Shown in pieces: positions 31,561 through 44,020 of a DNA stretch of 64,000 bases (positions within the stretch are counted from its first letter, which is position 1; each line of letters opens with the position of its first letter). This DNA comes from Podarcis erhardii (Eukaryota). The notes below the pieces were generated by a model that saw only the letters and a list, made by a program, of their open reading frames with translations, had not been told where the DNA came from and made no database searches. A program made the translations under genes and the position numbers. The DNA is taken from assembly GCA_964252035.1 (NCBI GenBank), contig OZ176206.1, one strand, 5' to 3'.

Positions 31561-34512
31561 TCCAGAAGTGGCTTTTACATCATGTGAAAGCTCAAATATA
31601 ATGTGGAAATTAACCATTCGGAAAATAAAATTAACTCCTTTGTGAATGCAGCTTTCGTTATTTGGGTAGAAAACATAAGTTTCTAAAAAAAACCTCCCAC
31701 TCAGTGTCCTTTGGTTCTAAGAATTTTATTTGTGGTAAATGTAGTCTACCTATTCTGCACGAACTCCACTTGCGACCCTAACAGCCTCTCAGTATTCACC
31801 ACCCCACCCCAATTTCCTGTGCTCTGTAATCCAATTTAGCCTAGTTCAAGTTTCTTGTGGGGGGGGGACTTCTAAAGGTTTGGGGGGGCAGAGGTAACTT
31901 CCTGGATTTCTTCCTTCCTTCCTCCCTCGCAGTCAGAATATAAGCAGGTGTTTTTTGTTCTTAGTAAAAGAGTGACACTTTGTGCTTGAATTGCTTTTTT
32001 CTTTTTCACTAATCTAAACAAGCTTCATATGAATAAGTGCTTTGTTGCTACACAGCCATGTCTTTATCACGGTAATTGCACTGGGAAACTGCAGCTGAGC
32101 TGGCACCAGAAAAACCCAGTGTGAAGATAAGAACCATAGTTTCTCGTGTCTCCACCTTTCTTTGTCATTTTCTTGTTTTTGCATGCATGCATGCCCTCTA
32201 TGAACACTATATATCGCAACCCTCTCAGTGCTTTGTGTTACCGGTACTTTGTCATTGTTTCACCCAATGAATCCTGGGAACTGTAGTTTGAGAAGTGCGT
32301 GGAAGCACAGAATTACAGAGCTGTATGGTTCAAGACCACTGGAGCAGGAGTGGCAAATGGCTGACCTGTGAGTGAAGTTTGGTCTGCAAAGCATTTTTTT
32401 TTTTTGCCCCCAGTAGTTTCTGCCTCTGTGCTGGTGATTTTAAAAACAAAACAAAAAAGCACCAGTTGTATGTATGCAGCACTCTTGCCAAAAGCTTACT
32501 GGCTGCTGTGGCTGCCCAGATGGGGAAGCCAGATAGCTTAGTGGTACAGCATCTGCTCTGAATGTGAAAGGTCCTAGATTCAATTACTGGCATGTTCAAA
32601 TAGGTTACATTTCTTGCCCTATGAGAAACCTTGAAGAGCTACTGCCGAAGGTCATCAGATCCACATAAGCACGTCAGCCCAGGAATTTATTACAGAAAAG
32701 AAGTACACCTAACAATAGGGTTTTTTAAAAAAATACTACTCTTATAACACTCAAATATACTTATTAATATTTGCATTTAAATAAACTAAAAAGGCCCAAA
32801 TGCTGTGACCTTTCTTCACTGGGTGGGGGGGTGTTGCTCCATCCCCCTGATCATTTTGGTTGCCCTAAACTGGATAACATCATCCCCAGCAAAGGGAGAG
32901 GAGAAGGTAAGCAACTTTTCAGGAGTACTTTATTACAATAGCGCTTTACACTTAGCTGTGATTCTCAACAGCTGGTGTTCAGAGGCATACTGGTGGACAT
33001 TACTAAGCTTAATGGACCAATGGTCTGACTCAGAAGAAAGCAGCTCCCAGTGTTCCTACAGATTTCTTAGCTAGATCACCAGAAGGGGGATGCTCTCCAA
33101 GCACTCTGGAAGCAGGAATTAGTGCTTTGATCTGCTCTCCGCCAGCACTTGGGAAACAGTGGAGCAGTTTCATGAGCACTCCAATCTCGCATGTCTGATC
33201 CACTCTGCTCTGTTAAATGGTTAGACTTGGGAATACAGCAGTGAGCTGGTCTCCTGAAAATGAAAAGCATGGTCTGGAAATGGAGGCTGTATGTAGTCAA
33301 AGACTGTCAGAAGTTGCTGTTGCTAATCTTATCTGGGAAAGGAGGGGGGGGGGCTTGATCCAATTTTTATTGGTATCTCTTGCCTTCCTAATGTAGAACT
33401 GCTGTCTCTTGCTTGATTGTTTTTAAAGAACCATGCCTGTTTGTGCATGTACATACACTGCCAGAACATAGAATCATAGAATCATAGAGTTGGAAGAGAC
33501 CACAAGGGCCATCGAGTCCAACCCCTGTGACCATGGGTGACCATGCCCAGTTTTTGGACATCAGAGCATCCTGTCCACCCTTCACAAAACTACAATAGCT
33601 TCCTAGGGTTCTCTGGGCAAAAGGAATGGCCGCTAAGCTGCCTATGCCTTGCCCAAACACAGACGGAAGTTGGCAAAAGGTCAGGGTCACAAGAGGGAGT
33701 GACAATGGTCACTAGCTTAGTTGGCATTGTAGGGGAAAACAGACAAATCCATGAAGGATAGATCTATCAAAACTATTGCCCGTGAAAAGTTGAACATAAC
33801 TGAGTTCCAGAGGCACTGTAACTCTGAACACCAGTTGCCAGGGAGTGACAACACAGGCCCTGCTGTTACCTTCAAACTGTTTGTGGGTTTCTGGAGGAAT
33901 CTGGTTAGGCACTGTGGGAAGCTGCAGGCCAGACTAAATAGACCTTTGGTCTGACACAGCAGGACTTGTCCTATGTGTGGCTATCAATACCACCTGCCTT
34001 CCTACTAAAGGGCACCTCAGGCAGGAGCAGTAGGGCTCAAAGGCAGGTTTTGTCTTTTTGCTTGGAGAACATCTGATGAATGTTCTTTGTATTCATGCTT
34101 GTATTAATGAAATTCAGAAGGCACTCCAGAGAAGATGATGTGTCACCGGTATCCGGCAACCCAGCTGACTGCCACATGTCCAGTGGGTGTCATTCTAAGG
34201 TCACAATCACACCAAACATTTAGCGCAGCAGTATGATATATCTTTGAACAGTCATGGCTTCTGTCAAATTATCCTGGGTGCTAAAGTTTGTTATGGATGC
34301 TGAGAATTGCTAAGAGACCCTATTCCCAGCCCCCAGAGCTACCAGTTCCAGAGTTCCCTGGGAAGAGGGACTGATTACTCTGTGGACTGAACTCTTTGAG
34401 GGGGAAAGGGGGTCTCCAAGCAGCCCTCAGCACTCTTAATAAACTATAGCTCCCAGAATTCTTTGGGGGAAGCCACGAGCATTTAAAGTGGTATCACTGT
34501 ACTTTAAATATA

Positions 34513-34738
34513 CAGTGGTACCTCAGGTTACATACGCTTCAGGTTACAGACTCCGCTAACCCAGAAATATTACCTTGGGTTAAGAACTTTGCTTCAGGAT
34601 GAGAACAGAAATTGTGCTCTGGCGGCCCGGCAGCAGCAGGAGGCCCCATTAGCTAAAGTGGTGCTTCAGGTTAAGAACAGTTTCAGGTTAAGTATGGACC
34701 TCCGGAATGAATTAAGTACTTAACCTGAGGTACCACTG
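34513..34738. mobile_element. Tc1/mariner MITE, family A copy 3
   Basis: TA TSD, TIR CAGTGGTACCTCAGGTTA...TAACCTGAGGTACCACTG, 226 bp. Confidence 0.85.
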
Positions 34739-35719
34739 TATGGTGTGGATGTGGCCTAATCCAGGAGACCAGGGTCAGGGCTGGCTTGAGATGTTTTGTC
34801 ACTGTAGGCAAAATGCTCCAATGTCTCCTGCCGCCGCCGCCACATATCAGTGTCCTCGCCCCCTCCCTGCCCATTCTGTTGTGCCTGTGCTGCTGCCAAC
34901 CCTGTCACAGCAACTGTATCCTCACCTGTGGTTGTGCCTGCACTGCTGCCACAATACTGCAGCAGTGGAGAGGGTAACGGCACTGTATCAGTGGTGTGGG
35001 AAGCCTCGGGGGGGGGGGCTGGCAGTGGTGCAACAGAAGGGGCCTGAAGCCATCTCCCCTGCCTGAAGCAAATGGCTTCACCTTGCCACCCCTCCTTGAA
35101 ATAGGATGCTTAATAAGTCATCCCTGCCTACCTCTCCTGCCACACATAAGAGTTCTGGCTTGAGAGATAAGGGAGGCATATGAACAGGCTCTCCAGAGAG
35201 CTGGGCTCTATTGATATCTAGAGCAAGAAAATTTCAGAACAAGATATTGGTTGGGTGTTTTTCTGTTTTGGGGTTTTTTGTTTTTTTTTAAATGAAGCTG
35301 ATCATGACTGGTTATCCTTTTCTGGGCATGGGAATGAATGTCTGCTACAGAAATAAGAGCTCAATCAGGTTGTGAAGGCCAGCAGATAAAAGGATTCTTT
35401 GTTAAATAGACACCAGCATTCAGGGGGACAAGGTTAACCTGGGGATGATATGAGCAACTGGGTGTTTCTACTTGGATGCATTTTCAGAGGAAACGAAACC
35501 AAGTCACAAAAGGCCTGTAAGGCCTGGACTTAAATAAGTAATAATTATATGTTTTGCAGGGTTGGACAACATTATTTAGAGGTGGTTTCACCAACCGGGT
35601 GCCCTTCAGATGTTTTGGACTACAATTTCATATAAATTGGCCAGAGATGATCTTAGGCAACGCACTGCAGGTGCTGAGTACCAGTATGATCTAGGCTTAA
35701 CCTCAAATGACATGCTAGG

Positions 35720-36290
35720 ACAGATGCAGAGGAGGGTGACTAAGATGATCAAAGGTCTGGAAACCAAGCCTTGTGAGGAAAGGTTGAGGAAGTTGGGTAT
35801 GTTTAGCCTGGAGAAGGCTGAGAAGTGATATGATAGGATACCTGTCTTGAAATACCTGAAGGGCTGTCACATAGAAGATGGAGCAAGCTTGTTTTCTTCT
35901 GCTCAAACCAATGCATTCCGGTTACAATAAAGGAGATTCCAAATAAACATTAGGAAGAACTTTCTGAAGGCAAGAGCTGTTGGACAATGTAAGGGACTAC
36001 CTCAGAAAGTGGTGGACTATCCTTCATGGGAGGTTTTTTATATATATAAAAAAAGAGGTTGGGTGGCCATCGATCAGGGATTCTTTCCTTGTGATTTCTC
36101 TGCTGCAGGGGTTTGGAGAAGAGGTGCCTTGGGGTCCCTTCCAACCATGGGCGTAGCCAGGATTTTTGATAGGTGGGGGTCAGAACCTCAGTTTGCTATT
36201 TATTTTTATTGATTTTTTTATTGGGGGCAGCTGCCCCTTCCTGCCCCCCCCCTTGGCTACGCCCATGCTCACAACTCTACAATTCCAAGC
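35720..36290 (+). mobile_element. CR1 LINE 3' fragment directly upstream of the CpG island; its tail is interrupted by a MITE at 36146-36267
   Basis: QMQRRVTKMIKGLETKPCEERLRKLGMFSLEK; tail ggtcccttccaac...ctctacaattc. Confidence 0.75.
36146..36267. mobile_element. Small MITE with TIR CATGGGCGTAGCCA (probably hAT)
   Basis: 14-bp perfect TIRs; imperfect 8-bp flanks cttccaac / ctcacaac. Confidence 0.65.
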
Positions 36291-37010
36291 TCTCTAGAGG
36301 CCCGCTGCGCCCCGACCCCTGTGCTCCCACCTCATTCTGCAGCTCCACGTGGGCTTATAAAAAGGGGAAGCAACGGGCTGCCAATCGTCAGGCGCGCAAG
36401 GCGCAACTAGAGGCGGGGTTTCCCCAGGCCCCGCCCCTGAAGCACCTGCCTCGGTTCCCACCGCGGAGGCAGGCGAAGCGCGCCTTCCCTCCGCTCTGGC
36501 CCCGCTGCAGTCGTGCTTGGCGAGGCGGGAGAGTGGCCGCGCCGCCGGGGGAGCCGACGCCGCTAGAGGGCAGGGGCGGCACCCGCACGTCGGGCAGGCA
36601 GCGCCTTTCCGCTTTTGACTCACCCCTTCGGCTTGGGCTCTCCTCTCTTTCTCGCACACCCACCTACGCACGCAGGCAGGGTAGGCAAAACCCCGAGCCG
36701 AGGACAGCGACGAAGCCCTGGCCGGATAAGCGGCGGCAGAGGTGAGTTTAGGGGCTGTTGGCTCCGTGCGCCCTGGGCGCGGCGGGCCCGGTACCTCAGA
36801 CGCTTCGGACAAGTGCCCTTAACTCTCACAGCGCCAAAAAGGCGGGGGGGGGGGACGTGAGGGCTTTGCGCACGCGCCGCCGCCCCCTCCTAACTTTTGC
36901 GCGCGGACCTTTCTCCCCCGCAGGACCCCCCAGCTCGCTTGTTTGGTGGGTGTTCTTGCGCTCGGGGAAGAAAAAGGTTGCGCTGCGCTAATTGGCTGGT
37001 TGGGGCTTCC
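36280..37010 (+). promoter_or_regulatory. CpG island promoter with probable non-coding first exon ending at 36741 (next gene, probably ADCY7 by synteny)
   Basis: Sharp rise in GC and CpG; GC boxes, CACGTG 36346-36351, TATAAAA 36356-36362, CCAAT 36381-36385; donor GAG|GTGAGT at 36741/36742. Gene identity rests on recalled HEATR3-TENT4B-ADCY7-BRD7 order, not on sequence seen here. Confidence 0.7.
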
Positions 37011-37403
37011 AGGGCAATAGAATAAGGGGCTTAGGGAAAGGTAGCGTTGTCCCTTCCTCTTCCCCCATCTCCTTTTTTTTTTTTTTTAAGTCAAGGATCT
37101 GAAGACAGAAAACAAGTGTGCCTCTGAGCATGCACGGTCTGCAGACACCTCTAGCCCTAGCTTTGTCCACGTCTCCTCACAAAACTCTGCGGAGTAGGGG
37201 AGGAAGGCTTTGATCCTTGCATCTTTTAGTAGCTCAGGTGGATCTCCTTGGCAGCTGATGGAGTGTAGCTGGGGAGATTTTTCTTTTGTGAACTGTGGAA
37301 GATGAGGGGCATGCTTTCAAAACGTTTCAGACGCGTTGAGATTATTTTTGTGTTATGAAATACACACAGACATATATACATGTGTGTGTATGTGTTCATA
37401 TAT

Positions 37404-37407
<4 letters not shown>

Positions 37408-37436
<29 letters not shown>
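37408..37436. repeat. (CA)n microsatellite
   Basis: Direct reading. Confidence 0.9.
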
Positions 37437-37440
<4 letters not shown>

Positions 37441-40400
37441 TATAACACCCAGTAGAGTCCTATGCAGCACTCAGAAGAAAGGATCCCTGTGTCTTCAATG
37501 GAGCTTACAGCCAGCAAGCTGAGCATTAAGATTGCGATGAAATTTGTCTCCATACTAAATTCTGAATCTTGGCCATTATCTGATGCTATTATGGTAATTG
37601 CTCAAATCAAATAAACATTAAGGTTGTTGGTTGAGTTTAAGAACTTGTTTGATGAAGTCTGCATGCTCTTGCATAGGAGCAGAAGAATGGCCCTGGTCCT
37701 TCCATAAGGGAAAAAAAGAACATTCTTGGTTGGTTCTTCCGTGGTGCATTTGAGGCATTCTCTCCTGCGTGAGAATGAAAGCAGAACCACCTCTCCTAAG
37801 ATGGCACTGACTCTTCTTATAATTCACATTGAAAAATAATGTCTCTCTAAATAATATGTTAACAAAGTTTCTTTTTAAGCCAATTGATTAAAAATTTATA
37901 GCGCTTAGGATGTTTCTTTGCCTCTGAGCATATCCAGAGTGTTCTTCCTCTCTAATGAGCAACCACCAAAGAATCCTGGGAACTGTAGTTTAATCATTAC
38001 AGAGCTACAGTAGCCAGGACCCTTAACAAATTACAGTTCCCAGGGTGTGGGTGTGCACTTTAAATGTATGGTGGGTACATAGACTACAAGCAGAAGCTCT
38101 GTTGGGAAGATATAGGGTAGATTTCAGGCAGTCTTCAATCCTGGCATCTCCCTGTTCAATCTCTCCTCTGGGTCAATTGTATATGTAAACGTCCCTTATT
38201 TCAGAGTGCTTTATTTAAACAAAGATTTAGTCGATTGATCAAATGTTTGCATAAATAACTTTGAAGAAAAAAGCATGAAGTCATCTTTTTAGGTTTATGC
38301 CTTCAAATGTTTGCGTGGCAGCACTTCTTTTCAACTGGTCAAAACTTAAGAGTACAGTTGTATGCAGTAGGGATAGGGAACCTCTGGCCCACCAGATGTT
38401 ATTGGACTCCAGCTCCCATCAGCCCCAGCCAGTGGCAGGGATGATGGGAGTTGTAGTGCAGCAACATCTTGAAAGCTGCAACTTCCCCATCCGTGCTATA
38501 TAGCATATTCAGAAGTCCCACTGTGTTGAGTAAGACTTACTTCCCAGTAAGGAGGGGTGCTAAGGTTATAGCCTACATCAACTGGGCATGTAACAGGTAT
38601 CAAACATTGCAGGCATCCTACTCTGATTATTAGTACAGACATTGATCATATAGAGAGAGGGAGGGTTGAATCCAACTAAATTCTGCTTGACCTATTGAAA
38701 TTAATAGATCTGTGGTTGAATTACGGTAGGTCTTCACCAAGTACATATAATGTTGAATACAACTCAGAGATGTCGTAGCTGAAAACCCTTAATCTCAGTG
38801 GTGCAGAAGATGCCAGTGGTTATTTCAGAGATATGCACTCTGCACACCCTCAGAGGCACAGCTCAGCATTGTTTCATGTGGTTGAATCGTTTTGGCCAAT
38901 AAGTCATGAGTGAGGGGAGGGACGCTATGACTTAGTGGTAGAGCACTTCCTTTGCTTGCACTTGGTCTCAGGTTCAATCATTGGCATCGCCAGTTTTTTC
39001 AAAGGGCCTGGTAGCAAATGATAGGAAAGTCCTCGGCCTCAGATGAGATTAGACTAGAGAGTTTCTGGCAATATTAGGCAATAAAGGCAACCAGCCTTGC
39101 CTGCAGTAAGGCAGCATCCTACATTATGCTATATCCATGAAAATACTGGGATTACTTTTGGGTGTTAGTGAATCGCTGCTTCTTGCCTCTGGGTTGATGT
39201 CCAGAACTTTCAGGAAACTGTCATTTATTAAGCAGTGGGGCTTTGCAAATGCATTAACAGATGCATTAGCAGATGAGCAGCTCATTGTTACCATTTCAGT
39301 GGCAACCCTGAGGTACAGGTGCTTCCCATTATTGGCAGCAGGGGAGGGCAGGAAAACCCCGAATGGTCACTGTGAAGCATATTCCATAATTCACAATTGA
39401 TATGTCCTCTTGCTCTCTGTTTACATTTGGTTTTTCTAGGAGTGAAAGGGAGTGACTGTTCTGATGGGCTGCATCTGTTGACCAATCTGTGCTGTAATCT
39501 GTTCAATATGGCACTGTTCATTTCCCTTTTTAAACTTCATTTCCTTTTGGTGTTGCAGTCTCTGCGTTTCGTAAGCCTACAGATATTGAGCATGTCTCTA
39601 AACTACAGTGGAGAAAGGGTTTTTAATTTTTTTTTTTTGGTAATGCTTTTGTTAAGAGAAGGTGGGAAATTAGCCAACTGCAGCCAAAGTGTTCATTTTC
39701 AGAATAAAGAACAGCGTTTCATGGAGGCTGCTGATTGTCTGAACAAAATGTGCTCCTAGCCTTTCAAGACCATAGTTCTTATTTCTGAAAACAAGTCTTT
39801 CTTTCCTGAATGGAAATGATTTCCAAGAGCTATTTCAAGTTTGACAATTTTTCTCTCTACACTGCTGGCATTGATTTATAAGGCTGTCAGCCACTGGAAA
39901 CAACAAGAATCAAAGAATCATAGAATTGGAAGGGACTACGAGGGTCATCTAGTCCAACCCCTTGCAATGCAGAAATGCATGATTAAGAGCCTCATGCTTT
40001 TACCAACTAAGAGTCTTATAGCACCTTTAAAGACTAACAGACTTATTATGCCATAAGCACTGGAGGATGTTGGCTATTTGCAGTATGGTAGCGCTGCAGA
40101 GAGCTTGCTGGGGAGACCATGCATTAAAAAGGGACTCAAAAAGTACTTAAAGAAGGCTTTAATAAGAAAAACAAAAACTCCATTTACACTAAATACATCA
40201 ACAAACAAACATGACCCAACCACCAACCCATCCCCCCAGGGTAATGGGAGAACTAGGTGCTGCTCCTTATATACTACACCCAAATGCTGACACAGCTTAA
40301 TCAATACAACTCAGCAGCACCTGCTATGTTTCACAGCTGTAAAACTGGGTCTCGTTATTTAGCTCTGGCCCTTGCTCTGGCCCCTTAAAGACATACACAT

Positions 40401-40605
40401 CGAGTGGAACAATGATGAACCTTTACATTTAAAGAAACCATTCAACAGAGGACTACAGTCCACTTCATCAGGTGCTTGAAGTGTGCTTGTTCCCATTCAA
40501 CAAACCACCTAGAACAGTGGTTCCCAATTAGCTAAGTACTGAATGGGGGTTTTTGGAGTTCATCATTTACTCCGTTCCAAGAAATCTTCATTATGAGCCT
40601 GTTTG

Positions 40606-40940
40606 GATCATAGAATTGTAGAGTTAGAAGAGGCCGCAAGGGTCCTCTAGTCAAATCCCCTGAAATGCAGGAATCTCAACTAAAACATGCATGACAGATG
40701 GCCATCCGACCTCTGCTTAAAACCCTTGAAGGAAGGAGAGTCCACAGCCTCCCGAGGGAGTCTGTTGCACTGTCAAACAGCTCTTGCTGTCAGAAAGTTC
40801 TTCCTGATGTTTAGTGGGAGTCTCCTTTCTTGTAACTTGAAGCCATTGGTTCGAGTCCTACCCTACCTTTCATGTGACAGCCCTTGAGATATTTGAAGAT
40901 GGCTACCATATCTCCTCTCAGTCTCCTCTTTTCTAGGCTT
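40606..40940 (-). mobile_element. CR1 3' fragment; similar short 3' ends at ~33465-33530, 39908-39975, 50590-50790, 52704-52870, 62660-62830
   Basis: atcatagaattgtagagttagaagaggccgcaagggtcctctagtc... is the reverse complement of a CR1 tail. Confidence 0.7.
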
Positions 40941-42979
40941 AACATATGGTTTCATCAGTCCATGCAACCTATACAGGCAATAAAAGTGGTGCAGGTTCTC
41001 GGTGTTCTGAGATGAACTGCCTCATTTGAGTTTGTGCAGGCAAACCACATCTTTGCATATGTAGATTACACATGTGTTCATTTTGGAATTGTAGTTGTAC
41101 AAACTTCATGTGATTCACAATCTATTTCGTTCACATTTCATCTATGCAGGAAGAACTAGGTTTAAGCTTCCTCTTATAGCAATTGCTTTCTCCGAGGGTA
41201 CTAACAAGAACCCTTCAGTGTGAAATGTGTCCTTTTAAAGAATTTGTAGCTTTTACAGTAAACCAGATGGACAGGTGGTGAGTGATTCACGATGATGTGA
41301 TAAGCTTGTGAGGGTTCATGACAAATAACAGAACAAACTTCACCCAGGAAATCAGCATGGACAGAATGTAATACTTGCCAGAACCTGTTTCCAAACGCAA
41401 GACTTGACCTCATGTTAGCCAATGTTAACGCACTGGTTTGCGACTGGGGGCAAAAACTGGCCAAAGCTGTCTTGAGTTCATTGTGGTTCTGATAGTGACA
41501 TGTTGCTCCTAAGGAACCTGAGATAGAGAATAAGATAGAGATGATAACTGGCTGAGTCAATTCCAGGTTGGTTTGCAAGGTGTTTACAGCAGCCATTGTG
41601 AGACTGGTAGATGAAATACACCCACCCACCCACCCACCCACACCTACCTTCACCACCATAGTCTACAAAAAGGATCACATTCCACATCCCTCAGGTCACA
41701 GCAGCAGCTTCTGCTACTTCCCAATTCCTTTTAAATGTGGGTTAAGTTGCAAGCTGGACATGTGCTGAAGGATGAGGATGTACCAGGAGACCCCAGGGAT
41801 TGAACCCGTGACCTTCTGCATGCAAAGCAGATGATCCGACCATTCAGCCTGTACTATAAAGTGGCTCTTCCCACCAAGCTGAAGGACCAGGGGCAACAGC
41901 TGTTAGAAGACCAGACCAACACTAAATTTCTCTAATTAAAACCAACCCTTTGATTGTGGCTAAGTTGCATCAGTTCACAGTCAAAGGATGGAAGTGGTTT
42001 ATCATTGGGTGTTCAGTATCTATGGAGGTGGGGGGAGGCCCCCACCCACGTGCTTAAACACTTCTTGCTGGAGTCTGCAGAGTTCTGAAGTGCACAGTTG
42101 TTGGCCCTTCTTCATGCCCACTTCAATATAAGATGATCCAAATTCTTGGGAAAATGTTGCAGGCAAAAAAAGACATGCCCTGTCCTTGCAGCAAGAACTC
42201 GCTTGTGGTGCAAAATGGCCTTGTTGTTATTGTGCTGTGAAATATAGTTTAGGGTTAAAGATGCTCTCCAGGTGTGTAAAAGTTGAATGTGACGGTACTA
42301 CATGTTATTGAGGAAATGTAGGCTGGTGCTAGCCATCCATGCTTGTAATGTCTGGTTGGACACAATGAGATGAGACTAGTCCATAACTAGTCCCTAGATT
42401 CTAGTGTGAAATATCCTATTGGAGTGTGTTTGGTGTGCGCAATGTAGAGATAATTGGGCAAAACGGCTTCTTCCCTGTTTTAGCAACCCTCCTTCAAATT
42501 TTAAATACCTCCCTTTTTAAAAAGCTGTAGTGTAATATGCAAGGTGATTAGAAACCCTTTTATAGAAGCTGAAGCAGGATTAATCATTAAACCCGCTTTT
42601 TTTAAGTGTTTTTTTTTAAAAAAGAAAAGCAATTGCACAGCACAGTGTCACCTTGACAGCATCCTATTCAGTGTAGGATGGAGAATATGCAGATCTGGTT
42701 ACAAAACTGCGTGCTTCATACTTGTGGGATAAGTTCCATAATTACCGGTACTACTTCTTCTTTCTTTCTTTTTTTTAAAAAAGCAGAATAATATAAATCG
42801 GTGTTGGAATGTGATAGGGAGCATGTTTTCTTCCATCATGCTCTAGTTCATAAGCCTATTTCTATTATGCAAAGGTGGCTCTTCAGTTCTCATTTTACTG
42901 AGTTAGGTTTGCAGTGGTAATATGGTGGTTAAGAGCCTCTGCTTCAAGACAGGAAATTCTAAATAGAAATTTGCTGCCA

Positions 42980-43205
42980 CTGTGGTTAGAGTGGCAGCCT
43001 GGGACATGAGAGACCAGGGTTCAAATCCCCACTTGGCCATGAAGCTCACTGAGTGACCTTGGGCAAGCCACTGCCTCTTAGCCTAACCTACCTCACAGGG
43101 GTGTTGTGGGGATTAGATGAGGAGGGGGAGGATACTGCCATGAGCTGCCAAGTATACTGCCTTGAGCTCCTTGGAGAAAAAAGTGGGATACAAATGAAAT
43201 AAGTA
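42980..43205 (+). mobile_element. MIR/CORE-like SINE; minus copies at ~13960-14075, 43270-43440, 51280-51395, 60890-61100
   Basis: tRNA-like head (gtggttagagtg...gggttcaaatcccc) plus core (gtgaccttgggcaag...cctacctcacagggg). Confidence 0.65.
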
Positions 43206-43841
43206 ACTGGCTAGCAAGGGGAGGTTTGGGAGAGTTGCCATGGGATCAAAAGTAAATGTTAAGTAATTAAATTCACGTTCCAACTTATTCCAAGAGCTTA
43301 AGTTGGCATAAATGGTTAATTCTCCCCCCCCCCAATTTATTCTAATAGCCCTTAAGGTGGGTTTGCCTAAGGCAGAGTAGCTGGCTCAATGTCACTGGGT
43401 AGGCTTCAAGGCTAAGTGGGGATATGAACTCGGGTTTCTATCGTGAGATACTGATTCCCCAGTCTGCAGAAGAATTGTGTAAGGTCCCAAGATGGTAATC
43501 CATATTCAGTAAACAGCACCACCCCCAGCAGCCCCTCTCCACAAAAATTCCCAGTTTGCAGGTTATAATTCTACAGTGAAGAACCTCTGAGTGCAGCAAT
43601 GTGTTGCTGTGTGTGTGATTGTGTTTTCCCGACCCCCAAGAGCCAGGATGCAATTCTGCAATTACATGGTTTTGAGGGTGTGTATGGGACCAGGGTCAAC
43701 TGAAGTTGAGTGGATCCTCAAGCTGATAATGTTCAGGAATTCAGTTTAAAATGCTATAGCGTCATTGCTCCTCTCTTACCCTAAATGAGGGCCAGTTCTC
43801 ACACAGCAGTGTTTGTGATGCAATAAGTTGCTTTCCATGAT

Positions 43842-43968
43842 CCCCTTCATGGATCACTGCCTTGCCGTGGCAAAGGGGCTTGAATAACTCAGAGAAGCTA
43901 TGAACTATGCCGAGCAGGGCACCCAAGATGAACAGGTCATAGTGGAGAGTTTTGACCAAACGTGATCC
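43842..43968 (+). ncRNA. Putative HDV-like self-cleaving ribozyme at the BovB 5' end
   Basis: P1 CCCCUUC/AAAGGGG (6 of 7), P2 GGAUCAC/GUGAUCC (7 of 7), P3 GCC/GGC, L3 UUGCCGU, 1-bp P1.1 G43864-C43879, J4/2 C-C-A-A; folded by eye only. Confidence 0.55.
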
Positions 43969-44020
43969 ACCTGGAGGAGGAACCGGCAAGCCACTCCAGT
44001 ATCCCTGCCAAGAAAACTCC

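Noticed and set aside
36173-36812. 190-aa (+) and 172-aa (-) ORFs over the CpG island
   Set aside because: Stop-poor GC-rich DNA giving Arg/Pro/Ala/Gly low-complexity translations; the + ORF starts inside a MITE.
38920-38995. tRNA-like sequences here and at 6293, 32520, 41780, 52000 and 58790
   Set aside because: Cloverleaves are broken and each is followed by a shared SINE tail, so they are SINE heads, not tRNA genes.
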